From Klebsormidium nitens (lineage: Eukaryota > Plantae > Klebsormidiophyceae), in contig DF237058.1 of assembly GCA_000708835.1 (NCBI GenBank), forward strand, positions 131,038 to 195,037: a stretch of DNA of 64,000 nt, read 5' to 3'. A program made the position numbers and the translations under genes. Shown piece by piece: positions 49,401 through 60,351 of the stretch; the first letter of the stretch is position 1; each line of letters begins with the position of its first letter. The notes below the pieces were generated by a model. It worked only from the letters and a program-made list of their open reading frames with translations. It ran no database searches and was not told the origin of the DNA.

Positions 49401-50724
49401 TTGTACGTATTCTGACGCCTCTTCAGTGAAACAGGTTGTGACGCTGAAGTGTTCAGGTGCGCTTTCAAAAGGCAGCCCCAACGCGAAATGATAAAATCCA
49501 GAAGGCTGCGCTAGGTTTCGGATGTGATTTCTCTTTTAGATAGGTCAGTCTGAAAGGACCACAAAGAAAAGCTGTCTTTCGTGGACGACAAAAGCGTCAA
49601 AGCATATCTGTTGATGAGCATGCAAACACGAGAGGCCTGATCCCTAAACGTTCAAAGCATACACATATATAGAAGGGCGAAAGGTTCTTACTCTTTCGTT
49701 TTACGCAAGTAGTCCCCTATGAGGGACTCGGAGGGGCCGTAGATATCGGCGGTGTCAAACGTTGTGATCCCAGCATTGACAAATGGCTGGAAATCTTCGA
49801 CCGCTGCTTTGCCGGTGGTCCGATCGGTGCTGCGGTCGCCCCTGTGACCACCTGGAGAAAAGCACCGAACCAGACAATGTCACTATGACGTCAGCAGATG
49901 CAAACTTCTGCAAGGCTAGACCAGACGATTTTCTAACACTGGCAGAAGCAGCTCCACTTTGACGTACTGGCGCCTATTATTGTTCCTCAAGGGCCGCCAA
50001 ACCCCTTTTGCTGTACATCCTTTCAATGGCAAACTTAGTAGGTGCAGACCGCTGGATAGTCAGTACTCTGTTCGCAGTCCAAAAGAAACAAGACCTATCA
50101 GGCATAGCCCTGCTTCTCTCTTCCTTTTGTCATCATGTCTTCCCTTCATCAACAAAGATACAGACCTTTGTTAGTATCCGAACTCGAAAACAGGAACTTG
50201 GAACCCTTGCTAAAAACCATTGAAGCTGCCTCATCGGGGGCGTTCACATTACCAACTAACATATGACTAATGCAGGTTGCCTCCACAAAGTATAACCCAC
50301 CTGCCAGCTGCCAGCAGCCCTTGATGACAGCAGACGGTGCCAAACCTGGTGCAATCTCCTTCCCAATTGGAACCTTTGGCAGGGTGCTTGCATCAGCACC
50401 TTCCGCTGCTGAGGCACTTGGACCTTCTGAAGATGCCATGGCTACTGCCAAGCCAGTCCCCACGAGAAGCTTTCTTCTGCTTGGATTGACCACTGCCTGG
50501 ATCCGACTTTCCAGATGGTTCTCCTGAGGCTGCAGAGAGTGTGGTGGCTCGCTGGAAGTGTAGCGCGGCTTTGCAGAGCTACATGCATGAAACAGACGGT
50601 GCGGGCGGCGAGTTTGCAATGCTGTGGCCTGGAATCTTTGACACCTACCAAAAGCTGGGCCAATGCTGGCAAACCCCCTGGCAGCCGATGCTGATGCGCA
50701 GCTGCTGACCGCTGGTGCTGCCAT
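46481..50724 (-). CDS. Aldo/keto reductase family oxidoreductase, plastid-targeted, with twin-arginine-like signal
   Basis: Exons encode VIKGCWQLAG|GHRG...GITTFDTADIYGPSE (catalytic Asp/Tyr), VFTK, LGVDSLDLVQMYW, GKIRAVAVTN, NQ|VQYSLLDRRPEN and IIIGARNANHVED. The 3' end is uncertain: stop at 46481, or an extra exon ending at 46086. Confidence 0.9.
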
Positions 50725-51217
50725 TCTTTGCAATCCTTGCAGATTTCAGTGAGCAGGACTCTTCTGTTCAGTGCTTCGTCATGCTGAGGAGCACTTAAAT
50801 TACGTAAGATTGGGTTTCCCGACGACACCCGTCGCTTAACCTGAAAAGGTGGCCTGCCAGCCCTTGCCGTTGCACTCCCGGTTTTCGAATATGGATTGGG
50901 TTTGAAACGAGTTTCTTTCCCAATTCAGAAAAGCCGTCGTGTCCCGGTACAAGCGCTGTCCAGAGACTAACTTGGAAGAACTTGGTTAGTCAAAACCCTC
51001 GCTGCTGACTCAGTCCGGCCACTCTGCGCACTCACGAATTTTCTAGCCTGTTTCTAGGCAGAGTCGAGCTAGCTGGACAATTTTCCAGTTTGCAGTCTGC
51101 AGCTGGCCAGCGCCTCCATTTGTGGCAAAGAAGAGGACTGCAGGAGGGTGCTAAGTTGCAAGGCTAAGAGAAGGGCCGTCCATCGTCAAATCGGAGCTCA
51201 GCACATTGCGCAGGCCA

Positions 51218-54200
51218 ATGGCGGTGCATTTGGAGAAAGATGGGGATGTCTTTGTCCTCCGGTTGGTGGGGGAAGGAGAGCACAGGTGAGGGAATTCCTC
51301 TGATGATGATTTTGCAAACTGAGAGTGATAAGCTCACCAGCATGGAATTACAGGTTTAATGCTTCTCCAAATACCCACAGCTGGTGCGACATAGGCGCGT
51401 TGCTCTGGCTGAACATCTGGACCAAAAGCTTTGAAAAGTAGCGGCTTGGAAGAGGTGCAACCTTGCTGGCATTCTCATGCACCTTTACTTTCTGCATCCA
51501 GGTTCAACCCCACATCCATGGCAGCAATCCATAAAGCACTTGATGAGGTGAACTCCCAGCCCCCGTTCACAACCACCCCCAATACATGCCATAGGATTGT
51601 TTAAGGGGTCATAACGGAGTGGTATGCTGACATCCTCAGCTTTCACAGATTTAGTACATGAATAAAAGATGTTGAGAAGTGGAACTATAGGATCACTTCA
51701 TCTTTAAACGGATAACAGCAAGGTGTAGGATGAATCAAGAGTGAGCCGCCCCTTCAACTATACAAATCACATACTCAAAGGTTCAAGAAGGGAAAGCCTG
51801 CTAGTATAGAACTTATGATATGATTGAGCTGGAAACCTACAATCAGGAATCTCTGATGGACACCACTCATAATCTGCAGGTGGAGAAATCTGAAGGCCAT
51901 GTCGCCCTCGTAACCACCAATGATGGAAGATTCTTCTCTAATGGGTTGGACCTTGCCTGGCTACAGAAGAATCCAACACAGCTCCTGGTGAGTTGACGTG
52001 TTTTGTCTCTGGTCAACCGCACTTGCTCAACAGCTCTGCAAGCCACGAGAGGGCAGTTGCTTTGACTTCTTTCTTCCTTGAAAATCCTCTGAGATTCATG
52101 GTGGAGGTGAAGGCCTACGACTTGAACAGATAGAAAAGCATTGAGAGACTTCAGCTGTGGCTAACTCTCTGCTGTATACCTGCAGTCCTTCATGCAATCC
52201 TTCATGGAACTGCTCTGGCGCGTTCTCCACTTCCCTGTGCCGACAGTTGCAGCTATCAAGTAGGTGACGCTTTGTCATCCTACATGCTTGTTCCCAAACT
52301 GACCATCTCTTGCATGGGTGAAAAAAGCCTCTGGCTCTCAAGAATTTTGAAGACTGACCGTGAAGATACACGACGTTTCTTTATGAATTGCTGTTGGTGT
52401 CTTGATTCTTTTTTATTCTCGATTTGGGTATGCTCAAAATGAGATCTCGTCCCTCATCATGAACCACCAAAAGAGAGAGTCAGCAAGGAATCTCCGAAGC
52501 TGAAACACTTGTCAAGTAACAACTCTGGCAGACATTATAATGCTGGTGTTTGTTGTGAAATAGACCTTGCCATGGATATTCATGCGGCATAAGTTGTAAC
52601 CCAACTTTGGCAACGGATATCCATACTAGTCGAGTTCTCATAACCTTGTACTTTCATTGTTTCATGCTGGTCTATTATGTTTGACCTGCTTTTTCCATTC
52701 TTTTTATGCTGGTTTAGTACCCTGATCTTTCCTTTCTCATCGTAGCATGCTGACTCTAGGCGTTTATCTGCAGTGGCCACGCAGCGGCTGGCGGCTTCAT
52801 GCTTGCTCTCGCTCACGACTACCGGGTAATGCGCACGGACAAAGGCGTGTTGTATCTAAGCGAGGTGAGGGAGGTTCCACTTCGGTTTCTCTTTGCGCAA
52901 AGTGCTTCAGATGTTCTGGACAGAATGATTCGCGTATGTGTGATTCTTAAGAGCGATGCTGCCTCACAGAGATCACGTAAACGCTCGATGACGGAAGGAT
53001 CGAGATGTCAAACATTCAGAGACCGAACGGCTGCGCGTTGCCTAGGCTCTCACACGTGATGAAGTCCGTTTGGATAAAGCGAGGTAATCTGGCCCCCACA
53101 GATCGACATCGGGAATGGTCTTCGTCCTGGAACCTGTGCCTTAGTGCGGTGTAAAATGTCCCCTTCGGTCTTTCGAACGGCTGCCCTTTTTGGGTGAGCC
53201 GTTCTTCCCCGTGTTTTCTTTCCCCCGTGAATCTGCAGCAGTCTGGTTGCTTTTGCAGGTTGATATCGGGCTCCCACTGACCCCCGGCATGAATGCCATT
53301 GTGCGGTGTAAAATGTCTCCTTCCGTTTTTCGAAGCGCCGCTCTCTTCGGGTGAGGACTGCATGCCGCATGTTCTGCAGTAGCTGGCTGCTTTTGTCGAA
53401 TATCCTTTTCGAGAATTGCATTGTGAAAGCAACTACTCGCTCAAGGTCCAAAAAATCGATCGACGGGTTGGTTTTGACTTTTGGAAGTCATTGGGCATGA
53501 GGGAAAACCGTTTGTCCTGTCAGATTTCGCCACGGGAAGGCTTTGCAGACTTGACCCTGCATCTTTTCCTGTTGCAGGACGAAGTTCAACGGTCGAGATG
53601 CGCTCAAGTCTGAACTGGTGGACGAGACTGGGGAAAACATTGAGGCGACCCTTGCTGCGGCCATGACAAAGGCGAAACAGCTGGCCGCGCGAAAGTGGGA
53701 GCGAAGCGTCTACAAGTCACTGAAGGTCCGTTTTTGGCACCGGATGACCTCCTTCTATCATCGGAATTCTCTGGCTTTGCGATCGTAAGAATGTCTCCTT
53801 TTTATGCTGTTTCACTCTCCCGAGGAAGGCCGGCTTGGCGAGGAAGCAGTCTGATGAAACGCAATCTCAAACGGTTCTTTCCAGACGGTGTTCGTGTCAC
53901 GGATGTTACGGATATCCGAAGCCGTACCAATTCGAAGCGAACGTGAGGCTTGTGAAAAAGGTGGACAGGCTCCGCACTTGGGCACCGACTGTAAGCGTTG
54001 GATTGGTCCGCCCGGTATAAGCGCTCTTTTGTGCTGTTCAAAACAAGTCTAATCAATCCGTGTTGAACTGTAATCTGCATAACCTACCGCTTCAGAGCCC
54101 CCAAGCTTGGCCAGGAGAAACGGTCTTCTATGCTAGAGATCCAATTTGCCCAGCTAGAGTGCTTGTTTGCATCTGACCGGTAGACTTCTCGTCTTGCAGT

Positions 54201-54286
54201 TGGAAATGTACAAGGAGGCCTTGAAAGCTCTCAAGGAGGGCGGCATGGGCTACGGCACGAAAGCAGGCGCTTTCTCAAGAATGTAA
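51218..54286 (+). CDS. ECI: Peroxisomal enoyl-CoA delta isomerase (crotonase superfamily)
   Basis: Exons 51218-51285, 51502-51547, 51880-51987, 52186-52259, 52774-52864, [53102-53193 or 53259-53350], 53578-53725 and 54200-54286, all phases compatible. Motifs GRFFSNGLDLAW, PVPTVAAINGHAAAGGFMLALAHDYRVM and LYLSE. Ends in the PTS1 tripeptide SRM*. Confidence 0.92.
53102..53350 (+). other. Tandem duplicated 92-nt exons (candidate mutually exclusive exons) of ECI
   Basis: Exon A 53102-53193 (CAG|...GG|GTGAGC) and exon B 53259-53350 (CAG|...GG|GTGAGG) have the same length and phase and homologous translations, separated by a 65-nt intron. Confidence 0.85.
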
Positions 54287-55589
54287 TTTCTGGACGATTC
54301 GTGTTTATAGCAGCACTCTGTATCATACATATGAATTCGGTACATCCGTTCACCATGCACATGAGGATAATCACGCACGTTGTGATCAAGTTTTACAAGA
54401 CACGTATACTTCGATTCATTGCTTCAATATGGTCATGTACGGAGAAGGACCTTCGCGATGCCATCGTCAAAACGGAGACCCCCTTATTGCGTCTCTTTGA
54501 TCGTGTTTACCGTTACATCAAAATCCTACAAGTGACCGTGTACGTTAACAGGTAGACCGTCCGCGTCACCCTAGACATGATTTTGAATTGATATGCATCA
54601 TAGTCGATTTTGAGGCGTCGGGTGTGCCAGGCGTGTTTATGCAATAACACGCCTCATGAAGCCGCCTCATACGGAGGTGGCGGTGGCCCTCCGTATTCAT
54701 CTATAATCATTTCCGCAACCTCCGTTAACTGATCTACTAATTGATTGCGGTGATGAAATCAAGTTCGCAGCTTCTCCATCGATATCAAACGTGTATGCAA
54801 CTTGTTTTGCAACGTGCATTAAAACATACCGTCAATAATCACGTCGATCGGCATGCAAGATCATTCGCATGCATGGCTGCCTCGAAATCGTGACCGCGCT
54901 TTTTCATGACAGCTAGGTGCATGCAGCCAGCAGCGACTGTATACACTCATGCGTGCGTGTACGCGTGTGAGTGTAGTGCGGCCTGCGACCGGATGCCTGC
55001 CAGCGAACATATTGGAAAATAGAGTTTTGTGACAACAAGAACGATTGTCTCTCTTAATCTCTCAGGGTAAAAGTGTCCCGACGTCCCAACGTTTCCACAA
55101 CTCTTTGTACTTCGGTTAACACGGATGCATGCTTCTCTAAACGGAAAGCTGTTCAGCGATGCGCGCAGCTCTACAGAATCCCCCGTATTCAATCCCCAGA
55201 CGGTCCAGTTGCGCTAGCACGTAATCTGACTGTCAATCCACTGATTGTTGCAGTGCTGCCAAAATTGAATGGTACTATCGCGAGCGGGTGTGCAGTCCTG
55301 TCGCTGCGTCCTATGATTGTCAATTAAACTCATCCTGCAGCTTGCAGGTACAATCTGGTATCGAGACTCCTGGGCTCAAAAACGTGTTAGCCTATACCCA
55401 GCTTATTATTGAGATCGACAGTTAAGAGCGCAGATAAGACACGGTCAAAACAATCTACTTTATTTTCCATTACTCGACACCCTCGTTGGATCCGTACGTT
55501 ACAGCCCGTTGCCAGCAATCACGCAAAGCTGCCAAAACAGTAATTCTCTGTATGTCTCTCGCTTCCTCGCTGCAAACACGCCCCGCCGC

Positions 55590-58500
55590 TCACCGATACA
55601 CTGGCGTCGGCAGCCCCTCGAAGCGCGCCTTCAGCTGAAGCGCCACGAGAAGCGACCCGAAGCGCGTCTGCACCAGCCCGCCAATGTGAAACCATAACCC
55701 TTCCTGCGCCGTCGGCTTATAGATGTTGCGCAGCTCCCCCTCCCACGGCCCCGGGTCTCCGTCTAACCCCGACCCATAACCCCAGAGAGGCCCCACTTTC
55801 GCCGCGACCTCGGGTGACGTCACTCGGGCGACGACCTCGCTCACCGGCCGCGAGCCTGTCGCGTAGACGATGACGTCAGCCGGGACCTGGCTCCCGTCCG
55901 TTAGAACGACCGTGCGCTCGGTGACCTTTTCCACGCCCCCGCTCCGAACCTTTATCTCGCCGCTTGCGATCAGATAGGACGCCCCCATGTTGTAGTAATA
56001 CCCCGTGGCAGTGCGGTTAAGCAACCCCGCTAAACCCGACCCATCTTCCGCGAAGTGGACCCTGAACCCCCGCTCGCGCAGCCGCTCGTGCAGATCGCCG
56101 TCGCGCCTCTTTATTTCTTCAACCATCGGGGCTTGGAACGGCGCAACCAGCCGATATGGCGTGGAAACCATGAGCAGGTCCGCGTGTTGCTGACTCATCG
56201 GCGAGCTGTCGTGGAAGAGAGGGTCGACGTAGACCGCCGCGAGCGTCTCCGAGCGGATGACGAACACGGGCGAGCGCTGCACCATGGTGACGTCAGCGCC
56301 CTTCTCCCAGAGGTCTTGCGCCACGTCGTGCCCCGACGTTCCCGTCCCGATCACGACGCACTTCTTCCCGGCGAAATCCGCGCCCCCGCAACCGTGCCGG
56401 CTGGAGTGGTGCTGCGACCCCCCAAAGATTTCAGCGCCCGAGAAATCCGGAACCCGGGGATCCCCGTACATCCCGGTACAGAGGACCAGGTGTTTGGGGC
56501 GGAGGGTTAGGGTTTTGCCGTCGGGGCGGGTTACAGCTACGGCCCACTCTTTGCTTTCGTCGTCGAAGGTGGAGGACTCAACGCTGCTGTGGGACCACAC
56601 GTTGACGTTCATGATTTTGACGTAAGCCTCAATCCAGTCACCCATCTCGTCCTGAAGAAGAAGGGCGGAATATCGGTCAGCGAGGAAACAGAAGAGGTGG
56701 GACGTGATTCTCAAGTAATGGTTGATCCAGTCAGCCGTCTCGTCTTAAGAAGAACGGAGCAATAGGGTGGAGATCGGTGAAAGCTTGAAGCTGCAGGAGG
56801 CTTGAACATTCCTGCTTCTTTTCGTACACTTTTGTAAAGGGCCGGTGACTTTTGGGACTTCAGTAAGGGCTTGAGATGGGCTCCGTTCTGGTCAGCGGGA
56901 TGTTCCCAAGAATGTATACGAATCCGTTGTGAGCAAGGAGGCAGAGTTCCTCCATTGACAGGCGCACAGCCTTAGAAGAAAGTGAGAAAGCCAACCGTGG
57001 CGCAGTCGGCCCTTCTGTTCAGGGGGTACTGTAAGAACCAAGGTCATAGCTGTACCAGGCAATCAACACTGCAGGGAAAATATACTCGACACGAGCTTAA
57101 AGCTATGAGCCAATTTCTACTGCAAAAAGGGGGAAACTTCTAGGAACTTCGATTACGGAAAAGGGTCTCTTGGGTGCTGAGAGGGCTCTTCTATGAGCAG
57201 AAGTGTCACACTATGCTGCAGGTTTCTTATGCAGCAATGGAAGCAGATGAGAAGTTGTTAATCTTGACATTGAATCGGGTTCCAATTGCCATAGTGATTT
57301 GAAAAACGATACAGGCAATCTTCAAGCTGCAGAGTATAGAGCTTCTGTTGCACGAAAAGGTCACTGTAATCCTAAGTGATTGTTTTGGCTTGATGAAACA
57401 TCAAATCGAGATAATGAGTGGGGACTTTGCTTGTGGCGGCCTTTTCTGAAAGAATGAAAATCGTAAAGAGGAAACCATGGTTCAAGAACAGACTGTCCTC
57501 TTCTCAGCACACAATCAAAACAGATTGATGGGTTAAAGCAGGATTTAAAATAGCATAGAGCTACTGCATTTCACTGGTCGAAGCTTTGAAATGTTTGCAA
57601 TGGAAAACACCTCTAGGGGGATCCCTTAAGACCAGGTCTGCAAAGCTGCATGCCTCCTCTTCACAGAATCATATCTCAAGAGCTTGTGTCTATGAAGACC
57701 TACAGAAAGTGCAGCGGAGCACTCTCAAAGGCAGCAGTGCACATTTGTTTGACCATCACACAACTTGGCACAGCCAGGAGATCTGCCACCTTGTCAAAAA
57801 AGAGGCTCTTTATTGTTGTTACCTTTTGATTTCCCACTCTTGAGCTGCAGCCAGTGATTGTCGCATCTGAGCTTGACCTTAGATAGGTCTCTCTTCAGTC
57901 CAATCCGTTTTGCAAGAAAAGACAAGCCCACTTGCTTTTCCACAGAATTGGAGTTCACCACCATTCAAGTATGCCTGAACCACCCCCAAACAAAAGCTCG
58001 AGACTGCTGCATCCTGCTTAACAGAGACCAGATCACAAGCACCACTGTGACCAAAGGAAGATACAATGGAAGAATCAAAGGGGTCCCTCACCTTAGACGG
58101 GTACGTCGGCCACCCCGCCGGATAGTCCAGGTACGGAAAGTTGTCCATGTAGCTCGGCGTGTGCAGATGCAGCGAGCCATACCGGTTGCGCCAGCTGTCC
58201 CCGGGGGATCCCTTGTCAACCACAATCGTGGGCACATTCAATGCGCGCAGCCGAGCCGCCAGCATTACACCACTGTGGCCCGCACCGACAATCACCACAA
58301 ACGGCTGCTTGCCGTACCCGAGCTCCCCCCGCTCTAGTTCTCTCTTGGCAGCCCATGACTGGCGGTTTGGCTCGGGGGCGAGGTTTCTGCCCGGCAACCG
58401 TGAGGCGCCGATCTTTTCTTCAAAGCCCTTGAGCTCATAGAGGGTGGTCAGGAGCGTGAAGCACTTCCCGTCCACCAGGCGCAAGTGCCCCTTTCCGCGT

Positions 58501-58793
58501 CCGGTGGCCGTCTCAAATGCAACGAATGCAGTCACGGCGCCGAACATCTCCATCGCCTCACCTTCGACGCGCCAGCTGGCGGGCGCTGCGCTCGGGAGAG
58601 TCGCTTCCAGCATTGCGCGGATCTCGTCTTTGCCTTCAGCGGTCTTGACGTTCCAGGTGAAAGACACCATGTCACGCCAGAAGCATTGGTCGCCAAACAG
58701 CGCGAGCACCTTCTCAAGGTCACTTTCTTCGAGCGCCGCGCTGAATCTTTCAAGCCAGGCACGCACATCTTCTGTCAGCGTCTGGGTTGCCAT
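55590..58793 (-). CDS. Flavin-containing monooxygenase (~590 aa) with N-terminal SnoaL/NTF2-like region, bacterial-type
   Basis: Two exons, 58793-58092 and 56651-55590. FWRDMVSFTWNVKT; FAD motif VIVGAGHSG; WRNRYGSLHLH; FMO motif FGGSQHHSSRH; NADPH motif VIGTGTSG; VIVYATG; C-terminus GPWEGELRN...ALQLKARFEGLPTPVYR*. Confidence 0.92.
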
Positions 58794-59337
58794 GGCAGTC
58801 ACGGTTGTGGCAAAGGTAGAGGGCAGCTTTTACAACGGAAATTGAGCTCTCTTAGCGTCTGCTGGAGCATTGGCGCCTTCTGGAGAATGCTGTTGCAACC
58901 ACCACTGAATGCAGTGGCCAAACGATCACATGTGTGAGCGACCTTCCAGATCGGATCATGGTGCAAACTTCAACAAAGGGCTGCAGCAAAGGGTCGTCTA
59001 TTGGGTGACCTTCCGGGATGTCCTCGTGACGAACCCACCACGTCTAATGACGACAGAAGACATTGCCACATTGACGAAATGCAGATCAAGTTGAAGAAGC
59101 TGCCGGCCAATGGCAATGCAATGGAGGTCCTGCTACCTACTACCTATCCGACTGCCCTGCAGGCTGCAGTGCTACCGTAATAATAATATACTTACTAGGT
59201 AGTACTACCGGTAGCTCTGTCGTGGAGTACCGCGTGCCTTGACTCTGAGCCTGCTTGAGGCTCATGAGGCCCTCTCGGGAGTTGGGAGAGTGTCAATCGA
59301 GGCCCGAAAATTTTGGCCTATAGGATACGGTCCTTAC

Positions 59338-59418
59338 GTCTGACGTCAGACCCCCGGGGGACGAAACTCCGTGGAAAACCCGGGTGCCAGCGTCATAAAG
59401 AAGCGAATGTGACACGTG
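59338..59418. promoter_or_regulatory. bZIP-type palindromic boxes upstream of the FMO
   Basis: 14-bp palindrome GTCTGACGTCAGAC (C-box core) at 59338-59351, abutting CCCCCGGGGG, and a G-box CACGTG at 59413-59418, about 550-620 bp upstream of the FMO ATG. Confidence 0.3.
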
Positions 59419-60155
59419 TGCTATTATGGTAGGGAGCCTTCACATCATTGTACGGCCGTTGACTTATGAGGTTTGAACCGGTCGCTTTGCGGGCTTGTAT
59501 AAGAAGCCATAGGGACCGGTTGAAGCTTCACCCCCGGGCTACCTAGCTGTCATGCACACGCCTTGACTTGTAGCCGTGTCCGCCAGTCCCTCGCCAGTCC
59601 ACTAGCTTGCTCGGTCTGCTCTTAGCGGTACTGCGCCATTCCTTATCACCCAAACCCAATATATCACACTGGGGCCCATGCAGGGTTGGCAGGCTCGGCG
59701 CCTGTATCCTATAGAAATCCCGCCGCTTAGCGATGTTGCGGACGCTTTCACGTTTCAGCTAAGTATCTCAACGACGTTGTTCATTCACACCGAGACTCTC
59801 TGACTTTCCAAATTAGCAGACAAACGAGAGGCAAACTAGCTCTGAGTTTCTCATCATCACAGCTATCACAACATGGACTTGTGCGCATGCGCAAAGTCTT
59901 CGTTGATGGCGAGAAGAACGCATCTGCAAAAACGTTCTTGATCCCGTCCTTCATCGCCTGCCACATGCTGCTCTGAGGTTCCTCTCAGTCGCAGTCTTGG
60001 TCAAGCTCTGGCTCTGTCGAGTCTGGCCCTGGAGCTGTCAAGAATGGAAGGAGTTGAAGGCGTCGAGGAAGGAAAGCTGTTGGTCAATTTGCTCGCATGT
60101 TATCATGATTCGTACACGACTCGGAGCTCTTGGTAGACGGGCTTTGTGCAATACC

Positions 60156-60351
60156 GGTATGTCCCCTTTCACTTAGGAGCCATTTGTGACTTAAGATCCG
60201 AGGTACCCGGGCAAAAAAACTAAAAACCCTAACCGAAAGAATCACCCCGGGCCGCTCCGCACCCGAACCCACCTAACCACCATACCAACCCTACCCGTCT
60301 CCCGGGCGTCTAGCCTAAGTGAAATGGCTCTTAAGTGAAATGGGAGTTACC
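60156..60351. mobile_element. MITE-like element with ~38-bp imperfect terminal inverted repeats
   Basis: Left GGTATGTCCCCTTTCACTTAGGAGCCATTTGTGACTTAAG versus reverse complement of right GGTAACTCCCATTTCACTTAAGAGCCATTTCACTTAGG. No clear TSD. Confidence 0.6.

Noticed and set aside
53400-53408. ATATCCTTT (U12 AT-AC donor consensus) inside the ECI intron after exon B
   Set aside because: The gene model closes in frame with canonical GT-AG sites and no matching AC acceptor or branch site was seen; probably chance.
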